DNA of 61,361 bases, the filler included. It is 4 parts of 4 records of this genome, joined end to end, with 100 filler letters (N's around TTAATTAATTAA, not from the genome) between each part and the next. Parts side by side here need not be neighbours in the genome. Positions count along the whole stretch, not along the records: positions 1 to 31,899 come from DRR378314_1198; 3 more parts are not named here. One strand, 5' to 3'. The notes under the pieces were generated by a model. The model searched no databases, was not told where the DNA came from, and saw only the letters and a program-made list of their open reading frames with translations. Positions 14,194 to 24,673 of the stretch are shown piece by piece. Each line of letters begins with the position of its first letter. The first letter of the stretch is position 1. Position numbers and translations under genes: made by a program.

Positions 14194-17100
14194 ATGCAGA
14201 AATTCACGGCACCTGCTCGTTTACTATTATTCGGATTTCTCTTTTGGGGCGTCATTTCATTGTACGGGGTATTCACCTGCCTTGGTAAGTCCTTGGATAC
14301 AGAACGAGGAGTTCCGGTGTTGTTGTGGAGGGTAGGCAGAGCCGTTCGGCGCTGTGCTCGACGCTGTCCGTGTTTTGCACTCGTCGTTATGCTGCCCATC
14401 TAACCCTCTCCGCCGCGCCACGTCCGTCCTACGACTGGATGGAATGATTGCAGACACATCCACATCGGCCGCATCACAAATAATGGCTTCACCCTCCAAG
14501 GAGCGTCGTCCTGCCGCGCGCCAGACTGCACCGAGTGCGAAAGACGCTGCTAGCGCAGTCAAGCCGGCAACTTTGCCGCGAGTATCATATCGCGCCATGT
14601 CGTTCTATTACTCGTGGTATGGAAATCCACGCGTCGACGGAAAGGTAAGCGCCCAATGCCGCACACACGCATTTTGCAAGAGCAAAAGTCCCATCCTTGT
14701 GTGTAAGGCGTTAACTGATAGTACAGAACTTACCTGCGCTGTATTCGGAGTTGACAAGGTCCTCGCCCACCACTCCTCTGCTCTAGCGCCCAACACCCAC
14801 TGTTGCAGTGCTGCAGAGCTACTGCTGCGTGGGGATGCCTGCGGTGACAATGGGCGGTATTTGTTTCCGGTTCCTGGTACCTTACCCTCCATGACAGTAC
14901 ATTCACTGGAATCACAAAGTGCTGGTTGCTGGCGGGAAAAGTTTTCCGGGAGGAGGTGATATCGGAGCTGACTTCTACCCACAGCTTGGTGCATACAGGT
15001 GCGGCATGGTGCTCGTGGGCACATTGCTCCGCAGCGACAGCTGCGCATCCATTCTAAAAATTCTCCGACGGAATGGGGCAGTAGCTGTTGTTTTTGTATG
15101 CTCTACGCTTCAGGCCCGTGGTTTGCTTGTTGTATTTCGCCTTCAAAGACAAAATTTTTATTCAGCCCAGCGTACGATGTACCGTGTTCTCCTTGGCACG
15201 ACTGTCGAAACTTACGTTGCCAGCTCCAATGATCCAGCGACAATCCGCGCGCACATGCGCATGCATCGCGAAGCTGGCATCGGAGTCATGGTTCTGTCCT
15301 GGTGGGGGCGAGATGACTTTGTACGGACGTCCTTGGACTTCAGCTCCGGTGGATCGAAGACCGATTTCAACATGCGCAAAATAATGGACATTGCGACGGA
15401 GTACGGCATCAAGGTAGCATTCCACGTGGAGCCCTACGAAGGCCGCTCAGCCCAGTCCATCGCCGATGACGCCAAATACATCCAGCTGGAGTACGGAGAA
15501 CATCCTGCGTTGTTCAGGTACGCGGCTTCTACCTTTCCTCACGCACGTGCACCGGGCGAAGGTGCGTTGCGCTTGGCCTCTTGCACGAAACAAAGAATGA
15601 CTAATGCGCTCCGGCATGTGGCGCCTCCTGCTCGACAGACATGTCGACCGCAATGACGCAGACTCACGCGGCAGGCCTGTGCTCTTTTTCTATGACTCGT
15701 ACAAGCTGGGTGAGAGTGAGTGGGCAAAGGTACGGCGTAGCGGGCATGCCGCACGGGCGACGCCGAATTCCCTTGCTGCGTACCAAGCTTCTCAGTAGTT
15801 GGCCAGCTGTCGTCGAGTTCCTTGCCTCTGCATGTCTCCACAACAAACCAAATAACGACGGATTCTGCACTATAGAAATTTTGCTATTCTGTGCGCTTGC
15901 TCGATTGGGGTGAAATTTGTCATTCGGAGCGCATATCTTCGAACTGACTCCGTGCAAACTTCCCGCCATGCGGCAGCACGCTCGCCTTTCGCACCGCAAC
16001 GCGCGTAACGAACGCTCCGTGTCTCGCCCGAGAGAACCGTTTTGGCACAGTTGTGACCTTTTCCGAATCCTACGTACGATTCAGGTATTTGATCGGAACG
16101 GTGCTTTTTCAGTTCGAGGAAAGCCATGGGATGTCGTCGCTATTGGTCACATCGTCAACGCAGGGGATGCTGCGGCGATTCGGCGCGCAGGTAGGACGGA
16201 ACACTCGGCGAGCTCTGACTGCGGGACAATCGGGGCAGCTGGGTTCCTCTTTGTCTGTGCTTGATCGCAAGGATACGTCAGTGTATTGTAGGGTATTATA
16301 TAGTCGCCTCACTAACGTTTAGCAGTCATCTTGGCGGACCAGTTGCCTCCATTGAGATGCACGAAGCAGTCGCATGTTCGCTCTGGAGCTTCATCAAGAG
16401 TAGACGTTCCCGCGCCCGCTCGCACGGCCTGAGACGCATGGAACCACGCCTCCACCGACCCGTGCAGGACTCGACGGTTTCTATACCTACTTTGCCACTG
16501 ATGGATTTACCTATGGCTCAAGTACGGGAAATTGGAACACTTTTCATGAGGAAGCTGTGCGACACGGCCTGCTCTTCATTCCCAGCGTCGGCCCCGGGTA
16601 CGGATCGAGTTCCTTCTGGTGTGCGAGCCGATGTGACTGTTGTCAATGGTGCACCCGCGTTTCCCACTACACACATGCCGTCGCACCGCTGTTTTTTTTT
16701 TTTTTTTTTGCTGAAAAGACACCAGTGCAGTTCTGTTCTCGTTGTTAGACTTCTACATAAGGATTTATTCAATAATGTCATGGTGGGTCTTTTTCTTCTT
16801 CATTTGCAAGGAAGTCCACGCGGGAAAACAACGCAGCTTGGCTGGGCGCTTGGTGGCACTCTGTTTTTGCAGTGTCCTGAAACGCTGCGCTTCTGCGGCT
16901 CCTTGGTGAAACCACTCATTTGTGCTGTTCCTATGTAGCTACGCCGATATGCGCATACGCCCATTCAACCGCGCGAACCAGCGCAGCAGGGAAGGCGGCG
17001 CGTATTACCGTCGAATGATGCAGGCTGCCATCAGTTCCCGTGCAGACTACATCACAATCACGTCGTTCAACGAGTGGCATGAAGGCACCCAAATCGAGCC

Positions 17101-17609
17101 TGCCGTCCGCAAAGTATGCTTGACTAAAGCTGTGTAAGGCTCCGACAGAATGTACCCCTGTATCGACAGGCACCTGTAATATATTTTGTTGCCGGCGCAC
17201 CAAAGTCCGGTCGTGTGCGAGCGCGAACTAACCTCCCGTTGGTGATGCACCGTTGCTTCATCGCTGACCCCTAAGTACCCGGTGGGCCTTGCCCAAGCTG
17301 CTGGAGAAATGGCTGCACTTTTTGCTTTGTTTTTGTTGTTGTTGTTTTTTCTCATAAACATAGTATTGTTGAGCAGTCACAGCCTTGCGTCAAACTGTGC
17401 ACGCGTTCGCGTGCATCGACTAATTGTTCGCTACTCCAACTTACATACGCGCTTGTGCGTGCTGCTGATGGAACCGATAGCGTGTGGAGCAAACGGCAAC
17501 TGGCGGAGTGTTCCAATACCAAGACTACGGTGACAAGGATCCATCGTACTACTTGCAACTTACTCGAGAACTGCTGCGCGGCTGGGTACCCGAGGACTTC
17601 AACCTGTGA
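14194..17609 (+). CDS. MANEA: Glycoprotein endo-alpha-1,2-mannosidase (GH99, MANEA-like), type II membrane protein
   Basis: N-terminal TM exon (LLLFGFLFWGVISLYGVF). Motifs FYYSWYGNP, HWNH, DIGADFYPQLGAYSS, GIGVMVLSWW, FHVEPYEGR, FYDSY, DGFYTYFATDGFTYGS, FIPSVGPGY, catalytic ITSFNEWHEGTQIEPA, and last exon YQDYGDKDPSYYLQLTR ending TGA at 17609. The start codon is tentative. Confidence 0.95.
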
Positions 17610-17945
17610 CCTTGCACTGTGTACATTGGGATGTGGGAGGAGAACCTATGAAGGTCGCGGGAGAAGCTCCGAGCGAACGTACGCACGCGACCATTCACAG
17701 AAATCTCTACGCGGTGTTATACACGCCTGCTTGCATGAGAACCTTGTATTACTTTTCTGGTATGAGGTTTCTCACGAATGCAGACGGGCGAAAAATGAAA
17801 TTTGATATGCTTAAGATAAAGGAATTTCAATGGGTACTCCAACACTGTCGTTACCGCTCCGAACACGTGGTGTGCGAATAGAGAATGACACGAATCACGC
17901 CGCCAAGGACATGTAGTGCCTGGCCACAACCTCACTTCGCGGTCC

Positions 17946-20900
17946 TCAACTGTCCGAGTAACCGATATCGCCACCGCCTGTGCCTTTAGTGCTGGGTTGA
18001 CCCGGTGCATTTTCAACCAGTACGTCCAGGAATCCATCTTGTGGCATACTGTGCAGACCATCGGGCCCGGCAGCGGTCTCCGCGGGACTGTACTCGAGAC
18101 CAGCAGCCCCGCCGCCAGACGGCATCTCAAGCGCAGCGCCAGCAGCTCCTTCAGCCGGCTCTCCGCTTTCAAGATAGTCCACAACGTCTTCGGTGAATGG
18201 AGCCTGCACGACACGCCATCGCAAGAACAGCAAAACAAAAAAGCACAGCGGTTCAGCACATGCATCTAAACCGCCTCGCCGAGAGCGCTCGGCACTGCAA
18301 GACACATAATATCCACCGTGCCCTACGCTACATGCCCACTTCCATGCCGAGGGGAGCACGCACGCATGCGCACGACGTTGGCGCTCAGGTTACGCCAACG
18401 TGTACCCCTCCCCGGTTTCAAGGCAGGAGCCCCGTCAAGTAGCCAAAAAGGAATATCAAAAAGAGGAGAAGAATATCTAATATTCAATATTCAAGGCACG
18501 CGTACACGCCTCGCTCCGCTTACCTGCGTCTGTTCGACCTCGGAAGCGGTCATGGTGAGCACACTTGGTCTCCGCACATTGTGGGCGGAACGAGCTCCAA
18601 CGTGCTCACCGCCATGCTGCTGCTGTAGCATCGGCGGCGGGGTCTTGATTTCGCGGTCGAGTTGAAGCGAAAACTGCACTGCTGCCAGCTTTGCTATCTC
18701 ACGCAAGATCATGGTGCGATGCTCAACACTGCGCAAGAGCGCGCCATCGCTGTAAAACGCGCGGACGTGCCCGTCCATCGCATACAAAGAGTCCAGCCAC
18801 AGATGAAGCGCGCGGGAGTTCAGGCCGTGGACAACAAACGCCCGGAACTGACAACTAGGATCTAGTCCGGGGCCCCGTAGACTCCGCACCGGGTAGATTG
18901 CAGACGATAGCGAATGCGAACAGTCTGCACCCGAGGCCACAAAGTCCCACAGCGTCCTTTCGTGCAGAGCAAGGAGACTCCCGGTATCAACAATGAACCC
19001 GTGCATCATGGCGCGAGCAATCGCCGAACACAGGTCCTTGCGCACAGCTCGTCCTACCGCAGCCTCGAAGTCATCCACTCCTACCCCGGCCGGAACAGTC
19101 ACCGCCGCACTTCCAACAACGTGCACGGCAGAAGCAACCGCTGATGTGAACGGATGCACTCCGTTGCTGAGAACAGTGTCGTCAACAGCCACATCCATTG
19201 CATCGCCCTCCGACGAAAGCATCTGCTTCGCAGATTCGCGGCCTCGACGGAATGTGTCCTTCAGAGCCGTCGAGATATTTTGGAGCCCGCCACTGCGACG
19301 CTCGACAGTGAACTTCCGGTCTGCACTTGCTTCTTGGGAAAGTCTAGGCAACGGCGCTCTTGAGCTCGTCTCCGCGTCCGGGCCCAGCGCGCGCGACACC
19401 GACCGGGCGGTCGAGTCCAGGAACCTCCGTGCCGCAGCAAAGCCGCGCGCAAGCGCTCGGAACCGCGGGACACGCAGCAGCTCCCAACGTCCGCCCACAA
19501 AGCGCACGGTGATTCCTCCAGGAAGCTCAAAGACCGCTAACGATCCGCCACCCGTGGCAGACTCGGTCCGTTGTGTGATTCCGTGAGGATTCAGTCGCCA
19601 CTCCCCTTCCGAAAACTCCAGCAGGATCCCGTTGAGCGAAATCTGTTAGGCATCGCAAAAAGGGTAACATTCAACCCCCCCAAAAAAAGCGCATGCACAC
19701 ACACGCGCGCGCGCGCACAGAGGAGCACGACAAAGGTCCAACGTCAGCATTCACATCAACAGCAGCGGCGCCAGCACCAGCACAAAAGGAGGGGGCGGGA
19801 CGGCTGCGCCAGCGGGCTCACGAAGAGCAGGCGACAGATGGCCTTCTCCCCTGAACACCCAATGATCCTATTCACGAATCCATTTGCAAAAAGACCCAAG
19901 TATCTTCGCTCCGCGGCAATCACGTCAAAAAAGAGTCTGGTTCGAGCTGTGTAGGAAGCGCGCGGCATTGAAATCGACTCCGAATGCACGCATGAGAAAG
20001 AATGCATGACATCGGATGCGTACCTTGTACACTCCAACTCCGCGATTGGCGTCAATAATTGCAAGCAGGTGCTCAAACTGGGCAGGTGTGTGCACAAGTA
20101 CAAACTCATCGCTACGGAACTGCGATACAACAGACGGCCTGTGAGGAACACCGAACGTCGGCGAGGCAGACGTGTGTTGCCCAGGATATCCGGCAGGAGC
20201 ACCTGCACCGCCAGGGACAAACGCAGGGGACCCGGGCGTCCCCGGGGACCCCCAAGAAACGTTGCCGCTCGCCGCAGACCAGCCCGCGCCTGCCCCAGGA
20301 GTCATCGCGTGCGCTTGCGCGTACTCGAAGTGTGTCCCAGGAGCGGTAGATGCTGCCATCATTCCCGCAGATGCACCAGGAGGCACTTCGTGTACGGCAG
20401 CGTGCCCCGTGCTCTGAAACCGTCCCTCCCCATGCGCAGCAGAGGCATCCAACCCGTTTGTAGCAATGGACATTGGAAATTGCGTGGCGCCCGCCGAGGC
20501 CGGAGGCGCTGCGGTCTCCCCTGGCCACGGAGCGCCTACCCCCGCCCCGGGCCATGGCCACGCTGCAGCGCGGACAGCATCCGCTCCTCCATGACCGGCC
20601 GGCGGAGTTCCGCTTGCCGCATGTGCAGGCACGGTACTCGGGGGAAACATTGTACCACTATGTGCGTGTCCAAACGTGGCACCTGCGCCGTGCATGGCGC
20701 CGGGAGCGCCAAATCCCGCTGTCGGGAATGGGCTTCCCGCGCCCCCCGCCATAGGAGCACCCATGGTACTGCCCGGTGCACTATGCGCGCCTGGGCCAGC
20801 AGCAGTCGCCCCAGCACGCGCGGCTGCATACGGTGCTGCTGCGCTGGCCGGCACAGCTCCATTGCCTCTGGGAAGCGCACCAGGCATGGGCGGCGCAGCG

Positions 20901-23900
20901 ACACCGGCCGCAGCTGCCGGCGCGCCCTGCTCTGAGAGCGCCTGCGGCGCTGCTTCCGGTGCTGCCTGGGCCGGTGCTTCTTTCGCACGTCGCCGATCGG
21001 CGCGCTCTTTCGCACGCCTGCGCTTCGCGAGCTCGCGGCGGGCCAGAATGACGCGCGCTGCGCGCTGCAGCTTCTGTATGCGGCGCACAGCCTCACGTCG
21101 GTCGCGCCGCGCCATGCGGCAGCGCCATGCCGTCTGAAATTCCGTCACTGCCTTGGCAACTTCGTCGCGCAGAGCTTGCGCTCGTCGCTGGGCCAGAACA
21201 GTGCGCACGCCCATTTGCAGCGACACCACAGCTTCGCGCCTCCGATTGTCCAATTCGCGCAGCGCGTGTCGGCGCGCCCTGTACGCTAATTTTCGGCGCC
21301 AAGCGCACTGCAGCACCAGAGCGGCCCGCTGCGCGTTCGCTCGCCAGCGCACGGCTAGCCATGTCCGCGTGGCGTGCTGCACTGCTTCTATCATGCGGCG
21401 CTGCCGTCGAATCCGCTGCACGAACATGCGCGCAACGACTCCGCGCCATCGCCGCTGCACAGTAACGACGGCTTTGCGCTGGCGCTGAAAAGCACGCTGC
21501 ACGCGCACCTGTCGCCAGAGAGCTGCGATGCGCGTGGCCGCCGTGGCTTTCGCGCGCAAACGCGAGGCTGCGCGACGACCGACAACCCCGCGCCAGTGCC
21601 GCTGTGCAAGCCCGGCGGCCAAGCGCAGCAGCACGAACGCCCGTCGCCGGACGAACGCTCGCCAACGGGCGCCACAGGCTAACGCAGCTCGGTGGCGAGC
21701 GCGCAGCACGAGAAAGGCGCGCCGAGCCAGGAATCCTCTCCAGTGTGCCGCAAGTACTGTTGCCCGCACTCCCAAGACGCGCTCGCGCGCACGCTCCAGT
21801 GAAGCGATCACGCCGGCGCGCAAAAACGCCTTGGTGCGCCCCAGGGCATAGGAAACTGTACTCGAGGCCTTCGCCGTCGCATCCATGCTCGACTCCAATA
21901 GCGCCTGCGCCGCCTCGCGAGGTTGTTTGCGCCAGTCAAACTTGCCCGGGACAAGTTGCCAATACCGCGAGCAGAGATCCGGGTACAAATATCGATTCGG
22001 AAATCCGCGCTGAGAAATGCGGACCGCCTCCAATACCCCAAGGCAGCGCAACTGGTGCAGCACGGCGGCGCCGTCGAATTCGCCAGCAGACTTGCTGCTG
22101 TTGGGCTTGATGCAACGAATGAAGTGCGGCTCCGCTTCGCGGAGCTTTGTCAAAAGTGTCTCAAGATCGGCCTGCAGCTTCGACGTGATTGTTGCCGCCG
22201 ATTTGGCGCGACGCGCTCCTGCGCCCGCGGCGACGGACGCGCGCGCGCGCGAAGGAGTACCTTCGCCCGCATCGTCCTCGCCGCTGCTCTCGCGCCGGAA
22301 CAACCCGCGCAAAAACTCCGAGCGAGAAGCAGAGATGAGACGACGAAGGTCCTCGTGTAGTGTGTCGGCATTCTTCACCATGAAGTCGTCTGGTGAATAC
22401 ATGACATCGCCAGCGTAGTGATGGACGACAAACTTATCTGGCTGCCGCGGCGGCGCGGAGAGGCTCGGGTGCCGCCCATTCTGCCCGACAATCTCGTCGC
22501 GCAACAAGCTCGCCGTGTCCCCCGGTCGAGCCGTGCGTCGCCGGAACGTGACACTGTCGTTCATGGTGTGGAAGATACGCTCCAGCAGTGTAATGCATTC
22601 TGCGTTGTCACGGAAATCGATCCGCGACCAGTCTACGCCTTCCGCTTCGTACTCCTCCTGTTCGAGCTTGAACTTGTGCTGTACAAAGTGCTGCTGCAGG
22701 TGCTCGTTTGTGAAGTTGATACAGAGCTGCTCAAAGCCATTGCGATCAAAGTGTTCGAACCCAAATATGTCTAGAATACCCACGTGCGTGGCAGTTGCGG
22801 CATCGTTGCTCATGCTGCTGTTGATTCGATCCACGAGCCAGCTAAAGAGCCGGTCATAGCAGAAGCGAGCGAGCGCGTTGCGCGCGTCGATCGCCTGCTC
22901 GGCAAGCAGCCTCGTTTCAAACGTCGACCCACTTCCGGCCCTTGTAAGCTTCGTGGTCAGCGATTTTTGCAGCGTTTCGACGTTGACTTCCAAGAGCCAG
23001 CACGCGTTCATCAACGCATGTGACGGACCAACTTCGCGCGCGTTCCCAGCATCGTCGGCGCTGATCTCCAGCTGGCCCATCGCAATCACCGCGGCGAGCA
23101 CGCGCTGCACACCATGGATTTCGGCCTCGTCGAGCCCCACAACACGCATGGCTTCCACAGTCTGTGCAAACTCGGCCGCATCGTCCACGCCCGGGATCGT
23201 CGTCGCGCCTCCACAAAGGTACTGCATGCGCTCGGGCTGGTCGAGCTTCAGGTCGCGTCGCTCGCGCTCGTCGACGCCGCGGCAAAGCTGGTAGAAAATG
23301 TGGTAGTTGCGCTCGCCGCGCACCTGCTGCGTGACCCGCGAAGTCTCGAGCAGAAACCGGCGAATCGAGGCGCCGACAATGGACCCGCCGGCATCGTACT
23401 GAATTTCGATCCACTTGCCAAAACGCGACGAATTGTCATTGCGGAGGGTCATGGCATTTCCAAACGCCTCGAGAAGCGGATTCGCGCGCAGAATCTGCTC
23501 TTCAATGCGAGCGCGCGTGCCGTGGCGCTGCTGTCGACACGCGTCCGTCAGGTATCGGCACAGGAACTTTGTCGACTCTGTCTTGCCGGCACCGGACTCG
23601 CCGCTGACAATCATAGCCTGCACAGCGCCAGCGAACCGGTGCGCAGAGCACGCCGTCCCGCAGCGCAACGTACACACATTCAGTCGCGTTACAAAAAATA
23701 ATAATAATACGACAGTCATTACGCAGACAAAGAAACGACAGCACAGACACAGAAATATGATACTGCTAAAATAGAGCACTCGCCATCACCGCAAGCGCGC
23801 ACAACGCTCAGGGCAAGCGTCCGCACGGTGGTATCTGGGACGAAAACAGCGGTCCGCGAGGTCCCGCAGTACGCAGCACGGCAACGCAACCACTCCGCTC

Positions 23901-24673
23901 GCGCCTCCAGATCGGTGCGCACTTGATGGCAAGAAACGCTGGCAATCCTTCTCTTGTCCCTGCAAAGCAAAGAATAATATCCACCTGTGCTATTCACACG
24001 GATCGATGTGCGAGATCTTTCCATTCCGCACCGCGCTCGCGCCGCAGCGGCAACTGGATGGCACGCGTAGCGTTAGGCGCTGTGTCGGAAACCCGGAGCA
24101 GCGACGGACCCGCAAGTGCTCAGTTTGTGTCCCGGTGCCGGTTGTTCCCCTTCGTACCTGGCTTTTCCGCTCGTCACGCAACGACCGAAAGGCGCGTTGA
24201 GCAACAGCGTATATGTGTGGAGGCAATGTATTCTCGCGTCCGGTTGCCATACTCGCGTATATTTTGAGCTGCTCCTCGTTGTAAAGGTCGGGCAGTGACT
24301 TGTAAGGATTCACCGCGAGCAGAATCGGGCCGGTATACGTGTAGATGAGCTCGCGGGCAAAGCGCCACTTCACATTGTACAGTACAGAAGCATCATTGAG
24401 GTTCGAGAGCCCCGTCATGTCATCAAGCCCGTCCAGAACTTTTGGGTTCGCACGAAGCAATGCATCCAATTGCACCGAGTGCGTCTTGTTCGCCAGCAGC
24501 GCGTCACGCTCCGGCGTAATTACAGGGCTGGACCCGCCGCCTCCCGGCGCGGAGGTTATCACGCGCGCAACCTCCGCGGTCCCGCCGTCGAGCGAGCACA
24601 CCTGCGCCAGAACATACCCTTCTCCACCGTCAAGAAGCCACACCCGCTCCCCAACTTCAAGAGGATCGTTCAT
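17946..24673 (-). CDS. Unconventional myosin: SH3-like N-terminus, motor domain, about 10 IQ motifs, Pro/Ala/Gly-rich linker and probable C-terminal RUN domain
   Basis: Exon 24673-24158 (DDMTGLSNLNDASVLYN, IYTYTGPILLAVNPY, LPPHIYAVA). Exon 23618-20024 has the P-loop GESGAGKT, NDNSSRFGK, DIFGFE, PHFIRCIKPN and the IQ repeats. Exon 19642-18524 starts at an acceptor with no initiating ATG and encodes the RUN domain. Last exon 18203-17946. The motor call is certain; linkage to RUN is inferred from splice phases. Confidence 0.85.
18655..19050 (-). other. RUN domain (within the myosin tail model)
   Basis: DLCSAIARAMMHGF...TLWDFV...FRAFVVHGLNSRALHLWLDSL...RAFYSDGALLRS...IAKLAAVQFSL matches the conserved RUN blocks. 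Confidence 0.9.
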
